From: Candidatus Daviesbacteria bacterium
Lineage (GTDB): Bacteria > Patescibacteriota > Microgenomatia > Daviesbacterales > UBA10151
DNA length: 64,000 nucleotides
Direction of reading: 5' to 3'
NCBI GenBank assembly: GCA_028687915.1
Contig: JAQTZF010000001.1
Coordinates: 610,634-674,633 of the forward strand
The translations under genes were made by a program, and so were the position numbers. Position 1 is the first letter of the stretch, and every line of letters begins with the position of its first letter. Below are positions 8,454 through 18,251 of this stretch, piece after piece. The notes below the pieces were generated by a model, which had not been told where the DNA came from, made no database searches, and saw only the letters and a program-made list of their open reading frames with translations.

Positions 8454-8999
8454 ATGAAAAAGCCGGTCTTAATCATAAAAATTATAATTTTTTGTATTGT
8501 TGCCTTAATTGGGGTGCTTTTGGTGTTGGTTTTATTTCCCTCCAAAACCCCTTTAAAAGCATTTATTGTTTTATCCGGCAGTATGGAACCTAATATTTCT
8601 GCAGGATCCATGATTATTGTAGAGCATCAAGCACGGATTTTTTCTAATGGGGATATAATCACCTTTATCCATCCAAATAATCCTACTGAGTATGTAACTC
8701 ATAGAGTAATTGGTACAAAGGTAGAGGGAAATAGTTTAAGTTACCTTACCAAAGGAGACGCAAATGATTCCCAGGATATGTGGTTAGTTCAAAAAGAATC
8801 TGTTTGGGGAAAAGTTAGTTTGGTTGTTCCTCTTCTTGGGTATTTAATCAATTTTTCTAAAACTAAGATTGGTTTAGTGGTGATAGTCCTTTTACCATTA
8901 TTGTTTATAGCTATTAGCGAAATTTTAGTAATTTTTAAAGAGGTAAAACAAATCAGAAGAACAAAAAGAAAGATACAGCGAATCAAATTAAATCTATGA
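8454..8999 (+). CDS. sipW: Signal peptidase I, SipW/ER-type (Ser-His)
   Basis: VLSGSMEP, VTHRV, TKGDAN motifs; two TM segments. Confidence 0.9.
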   Translation: MKKPVLIIKIIIFCIVALIGVLLVLVLFPSKTPLKAFIVLSGSMEPNISAGSMIIVEHQARIFSNGDIITFIHPNNPTEYVTHRVIGTKVEGNSLSYLTKGDANDSQDMWLVQKESVWGKVSLVVPLLGYLINFSKTKIGLVVIVLLPLLFIAISEILVIFKEVKQIRRTKRKIQRIKLNL

Positions 9000-10267
9000 A
9001 ACACATATTTGCAGTTATTTCATTATTAATTGTTTTAGTCAGTTTAAAAACTATTTTACCAATTGAAGTTTCTAAAGCTTTGTTTACGAGTTCTGCAAGT
9101 GTTACAAATAATAATATTTCCACTGGTAGTTGGCCTACTCCAACCCCTGTTGCCATAAAATTACTGGTTAATCACCAAAACGTAAGCCAATTTAGTGCAA
9201 TGCCTGATACTGTAATTACTCAAGCCTCAGCTTTAAAAATGATGTTCAGACATGCCTCAGTGGGATCAAATATTAATGATGGTTTAAATGCTCTCACTGC
9301 TCAAAACACCAAATACAACAGAACCAACTGGTCCTTTCAGGCCAGAGGTAATCCTGGCTGGCAGGCAAAGGTGGATGATTTTGATGTTCAGGTAGCCCTA
9401 CAAGCAAGCACAATGGATGTTCTCTCACAAAAGTTTTGCTATATAGATCAGGGAGCTGACTGGAATTATTACAGAACCCATATGGAAGCTTTAATGGCTG
9501 CCTATCCTACCAAAAAGTTTATCTGGTGGACCATGCCCATTATGACCTCAGGTGATCCCTCAAGAGATGCTTTTAATAATAATTTAAGAACTTATGCAGC
9601 TACCCACAATATAATTCTTTTTGATCTGGCTGCTATTGAATCACATGATCCAGCAGGTAATGCTATTACCTCAGGTGGTCTGGAAGCTATGTATCCTGCT
9701 TATTCTTCTGATGGAGGACATCTAACTGCTGCAGGATCACAAAGGGTAGCTCAGGCTTTTTGGGTGATGATGGCAAGAATCTCAGGGTGGGATGGTGTAA
9801 TTCCAACACCAACTCCAACCTCAACACCAACCCCAAATCCCTATGCTGCTAATACAAGGCTTGATCCAGCAAGCACAACTATTTCTGTAAACCAAAACTT
9901 TACTGTTAATTTGATGGTAACCAATGCTATAAACCTGGGAGGATTTGATTCTACAATATCTTTTAATCCTGCTAATGTAGAATTTGTTAGTGCTTCTTTG
10001 GGTTCTTTATTAAATAGTACTGGTAGATATGCAAATCCATTAGGCCCAATAGTTAATAATACAAGTGGAACTGTAGGTTATGGTTCTTACTCTTTAGGTA
10101 GTACTCCAGCAGGACCAAATGGAGATGGGGTAGTTGCAAGCTTTACTTTTCGGGCAAAAGCTTCGGGTTCAAGTAATTTAAATCTCAGTGATATTCAAGT
10201 AAATGATATTTGGGGAAACTCTCAATTAAATGGTCAAATCACAGGAGGGACTGTTATAGTTCAATAA
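8996..10267 (+). CDS. SipW-signal protein with SGNH-like hydrolase and C-terminal cohesin-like domain
   Basis: SKALFTSS....NN.ISTGSW signal; HASVG and DGGHL motifs; PT linkers; beta-rich NLGGFD..I.FNP...GDGVVA.FTF domain. Confidence 0.72.
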   Translation: MKHIFAVISLLIVLVSLKTILPIEVSKALFTSSASVTNNNISTGSWPTPTPVAIKLLVNHQNVSQFSAMPDTVITQASALKMMFRHASVGSNINDGLNALTAQNTKYNRTNWSFQARGNPGWQAKVDDFDVQVALQASTMDVLSQKFCYIDQGADWNYYRTHMEALMAAYPTKKFIWWTMPIMTSGDPSRDAFNNNLRTYAATHNIILFDLAAIESHDPAGNAITSGGLEAMYPAYSSDGGHLTAAGSQRVAQAFWVMMARISGWDGVIPTPTPTSTPTPNPYAANTRLDPASTTISVNQNFTVNLMVTNAINLGGFDSTISFNPANVEFVSASLGSLLNSTGRYANPLGPIVNNTSGTVGYGSYSLGSTPAGPNGDGVVASFTFRAKASGSSNLNLSDIQVNDIWGNSQLNGQITGGTVIVQ

Positions 10268-10270
10268 TTT

Positions 10271-10918
10271 ATGCTTATTTTTAAGTTTTTAATAGCAGTT
10301 ATATTAACTTTTAATTTCTTTACTTTATCGGGGTTGGTTAGGGCTGCTGATTTAGAAATTACCTGTTCTCAAAAGGAATGTTTAAAATCAACAGAACAGC
10401 CTTTGTTTAGTTCAAATGATGGTTTATGGTATCCAGGTAAATCTATTTCCAAAATTATTATCATAAAAAATGAAGGTCAGACTGAAAAGGAAGTAAACTT
10501 ACAAAACAGTAAAAAATACCAAATGGGCAATTTGGAAAATGTTTTAAATGTAACTCTTACAAATAACCAAAATAAAAATATTATTTGGAGGGGAAGTCTT
10601 AAAAATCTTAATGGTAAAAAATCAGTTTCCTTAGGAAAGATAAGGGCTAATGAAAGTTTAGAACTAATAACTACTTTGGCAATGGCAGAATCAGCCCCTC
10701 TTGATTTTCAATCTCAAAAGGCAATCTTTGATTTGACTTTCAATTTTACTGCTGATCAAAGAGCCAGCCAAAATCGATCGCATGAGAAGGGAAATGTTTT
10801 AGGTGAATCAACAGTAGAATTAGGGGACCAGGGATTGGTTTTTAAGTTAATTCAGATCTTTCAGGATCTTTTATCAAAGTTTTTTAATCTATTTGGTTTT
10901 TTAGGTAAAAGGAATTAA
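10271..10918 (+). CDS. Secreted TasA-like domain protein
   Basis: Signal peptide; LF....WYPG.S..K.I.IKN; FQ.....FDLTF; GNVLGES before an amphipathic tail. Confidence 0.6.
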   Translation: MLIFKFLIAVILTFNFFTLSGLVRAADLEITCSQKECLKSTEQPLFSSNDGLWYPGKSISKIIIIKNEGQTEKEVNLQNSKKYQMGNLENVLNVTLTNNQNKNIIWRGSLKNLNGKKSVSLGKIRANESLELITTLAMAESAPLDFQSQKAIFDLTFNFTADQRASQNRSHEKGNVLGESTVELGDQGLVFKLIQIFQDLLSKFFNLFGFLGKRN

Positions 10919-10922
10919 ATTT

Positions 10923-12305
10923 ATGAGTTTAGAATCCGGTGTAATTAGAGGTAATACAGAACAAGTATCAGAGAATAGTAAAAAGTGGAGGAGGATTGTT
11001 GATGATCCTTTAAACCAAATACTAAGAATTGCTGCTACAGGTGAACGGTGGGGAGCTGAAATCCTGGAAAATATAGAAAAGCGTTATCGTAGGACAGCAC
11101 TAGCTCCTCTTGTAGTAGCTACATTAACAGTGGCTAGTATCACTGCGGCGGATGTATTACCGCGTATCTTAAGCGCTGACTCAATATTTCCTCCTCCTGC
11201 TGCAGGAGATTCAACAAGGGTAAGAATAATAAATTATTATCGTTCTCCTATTGTAGCCACAACAAATATTACTAATGTGGTGGGGGTAAGTGGTTATTAT
11301 ACTAATACAGTTTCTGGATGCAGCTATGGTTATATGCGGGCAAAGTATGCTACGGGTTTACCAGAGCATCTTAATGATGGTGCGGCAACAATTTTTGCTG
11401 AATTACCAGATGGGTTTCAGGCTTCAATTGAGACTGAATTTGGGGGTTATGATCCAGCTGTGGCTCCAACATTAACCTTGGAGGAACAAGCACGCCGGGT
11501 GGACCGGATGTTTAACCAGGGAATTGTAAATGGCAGCACACTTCAATTTATAGCTGGTCGTTATAGAGAGAATATTTGTACCAGTAATTATTCAAAAGAA
11601 GCTGATGATTATGATATGCCTAATGGAAGCAATGATGCTGGAGATGTCCAAAGGGCTGCTGCTTTATATAGACAAACATATCCAATTGCTGGTATTACAA
11701 ATAACTTAAGCCAAATAGCTGTTAATTTATTAGGTTTATCTCCTATGGTTAATATATCCTTTGATCCTGAAAGTAACCCTGTAAGAGCAGGAGGAATAGT
11801 TACTAAAACTATTATAGGAAAAGATGTAAGAGCTACTGAAGGTGTGGGTGGGGAAGAGATTCATTTAGTTTTTGATCCACAAAAAATTGAATTAAAAGAG
11901 ATTAAGCCAAATGCTGATTTTAGTAAAACCGGTAGGGTGGTTGCTCCTGCTTTAGGTCCAGGTCAAGTATTGGATGCAGTAGAGAAAGCTAATAAGGATG
12001 GTTCTATTACTTTTCCATTTATTAGCTGGGGTAAATACCCTAATGGTCCTGAGGGTGATATTAAGTTAATTGATGTAGTTATGCAGGTTAAGCCTGGAAT
12101 TTCTTCAGGTGAAATACGATTAGAAGCTGATGTCTCTTTAAATAAAGTATCAGGTGATGCAATTGGTAAAGGAAGGTCGATTGGGACTATAAATATTGCT
12201 TCAGAAGCCACTCCTATACCTACTGTTATACCTACAGCAACACCTGTTATTGAGAATTTGAATTATAAATCCTATTTAACCGGAATTCAAAGAAACGCAC
12301 CTTAA
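10923..12305 (+). CDS. Membrane-anchored protein with dockerin/EF-hand-like loop and cohesin-like domain
   Basis: TM near aa 60-80; DYDMPNGSNDAGDVQ; FDP...GPEGDI.L; PT linker; YKSYLTGIQR terminus. Confidence 0.6.
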   Translation: MSLESGVIRGNTEQVSENSKKWRRIVDDPLNQILRIAATGERWGAEILENIEKRYRRTALAPLVVATLTVASITAADVLPRILSADSIFPPPAAGDSTRVRIINYYRSPIVATTNITNVVGVSGYYTNTVSGCSYGYMRAKYATGLPEHLNDGAATIFAELPDGFQASIETEFGGYDPAVAPTLTLEEQARRVDRMFNQGIVNGSTLQFIAGRYRENICTSNYSKEADDYDMPNGSNDAGDVQRAAALYRQTYPIAGITNNLSQIAVNLLGLSPMVNISFDPESNPVRAGGIVTKTIIGKDVRATEGVGGEEIHLVFDPQKIELKEIKPNADFSKTGRVVAPALGPGQVLDAVEKANKDGSITFPFISWGKYPNGPEGDIKLIDVVMQVKPGISSGEIRLEADVSLNKVSGDAIGKGRSIGTINIASEATPIPTVIPTATPVIENLNYKSYLTGIQRNAP

Positions 12306-12320
12306 TTATCAGCAGATTGT

Positions 12321-13556
12321 TTACCTGCTAATAGGTATAGAGAAAGAAAAAGTGGTTCCTTTACCAAGCTCGCTGGTTGGAGCATATAATATACCACCGC
12401 AGTCTTCTATATTTTTCTTAGCCATTCCTATGCCTTTTCCTGAGCTTCCTTTTTTAGAAAACCCATCAATCATGCAGTTTTTTAAGTCTTCAGGGGACAT
12501 ACCAGGACCGTTGTCGATTACAGAGATGGTAAGTACTCCGTTTATAGCATTAGTGTAAAGATCAATTTTTGTTGCTCCTGCTTGCTCGGCGTTAAATATA
12601 AAAACTCCTAAAGCACGTAGGAATTTACCTTCATCTATTTTAATATTAACTGATTCATTTAATTGAGTTACTTTGAGTTCTGTGTCACCACTAATAAATG
12701 CTCTTTTGCTGGTTGTAGCTGCAGACAAAAATTCATTTGCGTCTACAACTATTAATTTTGGCTCTCTTAAATATTCAAGTTGGTCCAGGGCTTCTGTAAT
12801 TAATTGCTCAAGCCTATTTGCACCTGTTAATATATACTTAGAACAAGTATCTACAGTTGTTATATTAAGAGTATCGTTTTTTTCACAGTCTTTTGTTAAT
12901 AATTGTGCAAATCCACTGATAATTGTTAAAGGAGATCTTAAATCATGTGCAATATCTTGCACTGTAGGTATTATTGCTTCTGCTTTTAATAGCTGATATT
13001 CTAATTGTTTAACTCTATCTCTTAATTTTTGTTCTGTAATATCAGTTATCTTTATTGCTACATCTATCTTATCCTGTATTGACATGCGGATTGGAAAAGC
13101 ACTAATTCCATACCAACGCCCATTTGTGATATCTTCAGCTTCAGTTTGAGAATAAGTTAGCCTGCCTGATTGTATTTCCTGAAATATTGAATGAGCTTCA
13201 GCGTCATCAGCTACTTGACCTGCCAAAAATATTGCTATTTTATCAGAAATATTGCTGGAGGCTTTAGTTAATTGCTTTGAAGCGCTGTTTTCCCAGAAAG
13301 CATTTGTTTCCAAATCAACAGCTGGTTCTGCACAATAAATTAATACTCCATCTTTTTCCTCACCATAGGAAATAGCTAACTTATCTCTGTAGGATTTGTC
13401 CAATAACTCATCTAATTTAAGTGGGGTTGTGGGACATTGCCTTAATAACCATTCGGTGCTTAGCCGGTTTGGATCTTGTCCATAGAGAGTCCTCTCAACG
13501 GGTTTTGAGTCTGTTTTTGTATTTATGTTTGATTTAATGGTTAGTTCAGAAATCAT
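12321..13556 (-). CDS. Cytoplasmic sensor histidine kinase (orphan)
   Basis: H-box AHDLRSPL, N-box FNAEQA, G1 DNGPGM, G2 GKGIG; no TM segment seen. Confidence 0.88.
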   Translation of the reverse strand: MISELTIKSNINTKTDSKPVERTLYGQDPNRLSTEWLLRQCPTTPLKLDELLDKSYRDKLAISYGEEKDGVLIYCAEPAVDLETNAFWENSASKQLTKASSNISDKIAIFLAGQVADDAEAHSIFQEIQSGRLTYSQTEAEDITNGRWYGISAFPIRMSIQDKIDVAIKITDITEQKLRDRVKQLEYQLLKAEAIIPTVQDIAHDLRSPLTIISGFAQLLTKDCEKNDTLNITTVDTCSKYILTGANRLEQLITEALDQLEYLREPKLIVVDANEFLSAATTSKRAFISGDTELKVTQLNESVNIKIDEGKFLRALGVFIFNAEQAGATKIDLYTNAINGVLTISVIDNGPGMSPEDLKNCMIDGFSKKGSSGKGIGMAKKNIEDCGGILYAPTSELGKGTTFSFSIPISR

Positions 13557-13659
13557 ATCTGCTAATTATATTATATCTTATAGTAAATATCAACTTTCTG
13601 ATAATGTACAGATATTTACAATTAAATACCATAGTAATACAATTACAGCGCAATCGGAT

Positions 13660-14334
13660 ATGAAAATTTTTAATATAGTAAATAAAAATTTACAGTCTTC
13701 CATCAATCACCCCTTCACAAAGAGCGTTCTAGAAAATAAGAGCTTTCCCATCATAACAATTTCTCGCGAAAAAGGCGCGGGCGGTATTGTTGTTGCTGAA
13801 AAACTAGCTAAAAAACTTGGTAAAAAGTGGGATTATTACCATAAAGATATAGTAGATCAAATTGCAAAGGAATCAAAAACATCTCCTGAGAGGGTTGAAG
13901 AGCTGGAAGAAAAACCAATTCCGTACTTGCAAGACTTTCTAGAAGGCTGGATTGGTGGGGACGGTATGGATGTAAATAAATACCATAAAAATCTTATTAA
14001 AGTGCTTTATGCACTCGGAAGTAAGGGACATTCTATTTTAGTTGGACGGGGAGCAAACTTCATTTTCCCCAACTCTTTGAAGGTTCGTATTATTGCTGAT
14101 AAAGAGCAAAGAATTAAATGGCTGATGCAATATGAGAAGTTATCAGAAAAGGCAGCTACAGAGGAAGCAGATGAAACAGATAAAGAAAGCACAAAATTTA
14201 TCTCTAATTTATATAATAAAGATATAACTGATCCTAAAAACTATGATTTGGTTATTAAAACCAGCCTTGTCTTACCAGCGGAAGAAGCAGTTGATATTAT
14301 TGCCAGGGTAGCGAAAAAGAGGTTTAAACTCTAA
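13660..14334 (+). CDS. Cytidylate kinase-like family protein
   Basis: IITISREKGAGG, ILVGRGANF, KVRIIA, DP..YDLVI. Confidence 0.85.
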   Translation: MKIFNIVNKNLQSSINHPFTKSVLENKSFPIITISREKGAGGIVVAEKLAKKLGKKWDYYHKDIVDQIAKESKTSPERVEELEEKPIPYLQDFLEGWIGGDGMDVNKYHKNLIKVLYALGSKGHSILVGRGANFIFPNSLKVRIIADKEQRIKWLMQYEKLSEKAATEEADETDKESTKFISNLYNKDITDPKNYDLVIKTSLVLPAEEAVDIIARVAKKRFKL

Positions 14335-14342
14335 AATTAGTT

Positions 14343-14678
14343 GTGATCCTAAAAAACCTTTCCCAAAAAACTATTCTTTGTTCAAATTTAAAAATTGCCT
14401 CAACATTTTTTGACAATTTGTTTGGATTATTAAGACAATCTAATCAGGGAATGTTATTTTATACCAGATTTGGAATTCATACTTTTGGGATGACTAAAAA
14501 TATAGATGTATTAATCTTAGATAAAGAGCATAAGGTTGTAAAAATAAATATAGGCTTGCATCATAATCAACTATTCTTTTGGAACCCAAAATATAATATT
14601 GTAATTGAATTGCCTGAAGGCTCTGTTAATATCAGTAAAACAAAGCCAGGAGATCAGCTTTTTTGGGCAAAAAAATAG
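14343..14678 (+). CDS. DUF192 family protein
   Basis: GLL...GIHTFGM...IDV..LD...VIELP.G. Confidence 0.8.
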   Translation: MILKNLSQKTILCSNLKIASTFFDNLFGLLRQSNQGMLFYTRFGIHTFGMTKNIDVLILDKEHKVVKINIGLHHNQLFFWNPKYNIVIELPEGSVNISKTKPGDQLFWAKK

Positions 14679-14704
14679 CCTCAGCTTTTAAACTAAAGGC
14701 TATT
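14674..14704. terminator. Probable bidirectional terminator between convergent genes
   Basis: AATAGCCT...AGGCTATT stem flanked by A and T runs. Confidence 0.55.
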
Positions 14705-14730
14705 ATTTTCGGATTAATCCAAAAAAAGAA

Positions 14731-15078
14731 TTATCTTCTTCCTCCGCCACGTTTATCGTAGCCTCCGCCATTTCCACCTCTATTTTGATAACCACCGTTA
14801 TCTCTACGGAAATTATCTCCTTGAGGTCTTTCTTCTCTTGGTCTGGCGACGGATACAGCTAATGCTCTTCCGTTCATGTCAGAACCATTCAAATCTTGAA
14901 TAGCTTTATTTGCTTCATCGTCATTTTGCATTTCTACAAAACCGAATCCTCTTGATTGTCCTGTAAACTTATCCATTACAACAGTTGCAGATACAACTTG
15001 TCCGAATTTCTCGAACATTTCTTGTAACTCTTGGCTGGTTGTACTGTATGGTAAGCTTCCAACGAATATCTTTGTCAT
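14731..15078 (-). CDS. RRM RNA-binding protein with Gly/Arg-rich tail
   Basis: RNP2 KIFVGSL, RNP1 RGFGFVEM; SD GAAAGGTGGTGA. Confidence 0.95.
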   Translation of the reverse strand: MTKIFVGSLPYSTTSQELQEMFEKFGQVVSATVVMDKFTGQSRGFGFVEMQNDDEANKAIQDLNGSDMNGRALAVSVARPREERPQGDNFRRDNGGYQNRGGNGGGYDKRGGGRR

Positions 15079-15311
15079 TAATATCACCACCTTTCTATGT
15101 GTGTTAAACTGCGCTAAAAATCAAATGAAAATCAGGGAAAATTGAAAACATGAAGTGGGCTGTCGTTTAAATAATACTTTCTACTCTACTGATCGCTCAG
15201 AAGTAAGTTGAGTATAGCAGGTTGCTGTTTGAATAGCAATATACACTAAATATCAGGAAGCATTACATGCTTTGAAATTTTATCTGGAAATGATAGACTA
15301 GCCTGTAATAT

Positions 15312-16388
15312 ATGAAATCAATTTTTTCATTCTTAAAACTACATAAAAAAGCTCTAATTGCTTTGATACTTTTTATAATTTTAGCTGTCTTTATTTCTTT
15401 CAGAGTGGGTTGGATAGGATCAAAAGAACCGGTATATAAAACTATAACTTTATCAAAAGGGGATTTAGCAACTGTGATTAATGCTTCAGGTCAGATTGAG
15501 TCTGAAAATGAAGCTACTTTAAGCTTTCTTAGTCCAGGAAGGATAGCATTTTTGGGGTTTAAAACAGGTGATAATGTTAGCAAAGGCCAGGTAATTGCTT
15601 CACTGGATTCTACTCAGGCACAATTAACATATAATAAGGCACAATCAGCTTATAAAAGTGCTCAATCATCTCTTACAAAAGTTTTGGATGATATTCATTT
15701 AGCTCAATATGGGAATGGCGGGTTTTCAAATGTTGGTTCCAGTAATGAAACAATGACTCAAAAAAATACCAGAGAGTTAGCAGAAAACGCCAAGGATGAG
15801 GCTTTTCGTGATTTACAATCAGCTGCTAAGGCATTGGAGTTTTCTACAATAATTGCTCCATTTGATGGTATTATTTCTGATATTTCAGGGATATATGTTG
15901 GTCAAAATGTATCTGCTGCCAGCCCCAGTTCAGTAAAAATCGTAGGACTTGGTCAGTTAAAATTTGTGGCCAATGTTGATGAAATTGATTATTCTAAGTT
16001 AAAAGTAGGTGATCAGGCGGAAATTTTACTTGATGCTTATCCTGATGAAAAATTTAGTGGCCAAATCACTAAAATTGGAGCTGTTGCTACAAGACTTACC
16101 ACAGGTGGGTCTGTTGTGCCTGCTGATTTAACAATTAATAACACTGAGAAGCTGAAAAGTGGATTAAATGGTGAAATGAATGTCACTATTACTTCTAAAA
16201 CTAGTGTTTTGGTCTTGCCAAACTCTGCTATCAGAAAAGAAGGGGACTCTAGGTATGTTTATGTGTTAATCAATAACAAGGTAGAAAAAAGGAATATTAC
16301 TGTGGGTGAAACACTAGGCAGTCAAACAGAAGTTATTGGTGGTTTAAATGAAGGTGATGCTGTAGTTTTGGGTGATATTGTAAAATGA
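15312..16388 (+). CDS. MacA-like efflux adaptor (membrane fusion) protein
   Basis: N-terminal TM, lipoyl half-motifs GDNVSKGQ and IIAPFDG, GLNEGD terminus. Confidence 0.9.
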   Translation: MKSIFSFLKLHKKALIALILFIILAVFISFRVGWIGSKEPVYKTITLSKGDLATVINASGQIESENEATLSFLSPGRIAFLGFKTGDNVSKGQVIASLDSTQAQLTYNKAQSAYKSAQSSLTKVLDDIHLAQYGNGGFSNVGSSNETMTQKNTRELAENAKDEAFRDLQSAAKALEFSTIIAPFDGIISDISGIYVGQNVSAASPSSVKIVGLGQLKFVANVDEIDYSKLKVGDQAEILLDAYPDEKFSGQITKIGAVATRLTTGGSVVPADLTINNTEKLKSGLNGEMNVTITSKTSVLVLPNSAIRKEGDSRYVYVLINNKVEKRNITVGETLGSQTEVIGGLNEGDAVVLGDIVK

Positions 16389-17050
16389 TTCTTTCGTTGC
16401 GAAACGTAACAAAAACCTATTGTCTTGAAGGTGCTGAAGTGCGTGCTCTTGATGGTGTGAGCATAGATATTAAAGAAGGAGAGTTTGTGGCGATTGTTGG
16501 ACCTTCTGGTTCTGGTAAATCTACTCTTATGCATATCGTTGGTTTGCTTGATACCCCAACTTCCGGAAAAGTTCTTTTAGAAGATAAAGAGGTAACCCGT
16601 ATGTCAGAAGCAACTTTAGCAAAACTGCGAAATGAGCATATTGGATTTGTTTTTCAGCAATTTAATCTTTTACCAAGAGTTTCAGCTTTGGAAAATGTGG
16701 AGTTGCCTTTAATTTATAAAGGTGTGGGGGCTGGTGAAAGAAGACAAAGAGCCACTAAGATGCTTGAGATGGTTGGGTTGGGTGAGAGATTAAATAATTG
16801 GCCAAATCAATTATCCGGAGGCCAGCAACAAAGAGTAGCTATTGCCAGAGCTTTGATTTTAAATCCTCTGATTATTTTGGCTGATGAACCAACCGGAAAT
16901 TTAGATTCTAAAACAGGCAAAGATATTTTAGATCTTTTGCATAAGTTGAATAAAGAAGGTCATACTGTAGTTTTAGTAACACATGATTCGGATGTAGCAG
17001 TAAGTGCAAAAAGGCAGATAAAAATCAGAGATGGAAAGGTGGTTTCGTAA
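16385..17050 (+). CDS. ABC transporter ATP-binding protein (LolD/MacB-type)
   Basis: [28 protein letters not shown]. Confidence 0.96.
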   Translation: MILSLRNVTKTYCLEGAEVRALDGVSIDIKEGEFVAIVGPSGSGKSTLMHIVGLLDTPTSGKVLLEDKEVTRMSEATLAKLRNEHIGFVFQQFNLLPRVSALENVELPLIYKGVGAGERRQRATKMLEMVGLGERLNNWPNQLSGGQQQRVAIARALILNPLIILADEPTGNLDSKTGKDILDLLHKLNKEGHTVVLVTHDSDVAVSAKRQIKIRDGKVVS

Positions 17051-17051
17051 A

Positions 17052-18251
17052 ATGCAATTTAACCAAATTATTTCAATGGCGCTACGTTCTCTTCAGGCCA
17101 ATAAAGTTCGTTCTTTTTTAACCATGTTAGGTGTAATTATTGGTGTAGCCTCTGTTATTTTATTGGTATCTGTAGGTTCTGGTTTACAAAAATATATTTC
17201 TAATCAATTAGAAGGAATTGGTTCAAATTTAATTTTAATTGTGCCTGGTAAATTAGATCTTAAAAAAGTAAGTCAGGGTGGTGGTCCAACAGCAGGTCTT
17301 TTAACTTCTAAATTAACCTCAAAGGATGCAAAAGATTTAGTTTCAAATAGTTCTTTTATAAAAGCTGCTGCACCAGGCACAACTGCTCAGGCTGCTATTA
17401 AATATGGAACAGAAAAGATGTTTTCTCAGGTTGTAGGAATTACTGCTAATTATCCGGAAATTATGAACTCACCGTTGGCTTTGGGTGAACATTTTACCGA
17501 AACTGATGATCGTGGTGGGAGACGTGTGGCAGTAATAGGATCAGAAGTTGCTAAAACTTTATTTAAAAGTGATGATCCTTTAAATAAGAAAATATCCATT
17601 GGAGACACTAAATTTACAGTTATTGGCGTTTTAAACAGCCGGGGTTTAGGGGGAGCAAGTGAGGATCATGTAGTTATACCAATTACTGTAGCAATGAGAA
17701 TATTTAATCAACAAAAAGTACAAGTAATTTATGCTCAGGCAAATAATGCTGAACAGGTAGATCAGGCTATTGCTGAGGCAAAAACTATATTATTAAATAG
17801 ACTGACAGAGGATGATTTTACAATCCTGACACAAAAAGATATTTTAGGGGCTGTCTCTTCGATTTTAGGAACATTGACTGTGGCTTTGGGAGGTATTGCT
17901 GCTATATCTTTGATTGTGGGAGGAATTGGAATTATGAATATTATGTTAGTCTCAGTTACAGAAAGAACGCATGAGATTGGTTTACGTAAGGCTTTGGGAG
18001 CAACACCAAACGTGATTTTAATGCAATTCTTAATCGAAGCGATTGTTCTTTCAGCTGGTGGAGGGATTATTGGAATACTAATTGGAGGTGGGGGTGCTTT
18101 ACTTCTAAGTAGTGTTATTCCATCACAGGTAACTTTTTGGGCAGTTCTACTAGCGTTCTCAGTTTCATTTATTATAGGAATCATCTTTGGGGTTATGCCA
18201 GCTCGTAAGGCTTCACGAATGAGTCCAATTGAAGCTCTTCGTTATGAATGA
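17052..18251 (+). CDS. MacB/FtsX-type ABC permease
   Basis: RSFLTMLGVIIG, IMNIMLVSVTERT.EIG, P...ALRYE. Confidence 0.95.
   Translation: MQFNQIISMALRSLQANKVRSFLTMLGVIIGVASVILLVSVGSGLQKYISNQLEGIGSNLILIVPGKLDLKKVSQGGGPTAGLLTSKLTSKDAKDLVSNSSFIKAAAPGTTAQAAIKYGTEKMFSQVVGITANYPEIMNSPLALGEHFTETDDRGGRRVAVIGSEVAKTLFKSDDPLNKKISIGDTKFTVIGVLNSRGLGGASEDHVVIPITVAMRIFNQQKVQVIYAQANNAEQVDQAIAEAKTILLNRLTEDDFTILTQKDILGAVSSILGTLTVALGGIAAISLIVGGIGIMNIMLVSVTERTHEIGLRKALGATPNVILMQFLIEAIVLSAGGGIIGILIGGGGALLLSSVIPSQVTFWAVLLAFSVSFIIGIIFGVMPARKASRMSPIEALRYE

Noticed and set aside
17762-18184. Long antisense ORFs (also 47688..48077, 37421..37885, 12673..12996, 63127..63408)
   Set aside because: Shadows of well-supported genes on the opposite strand.
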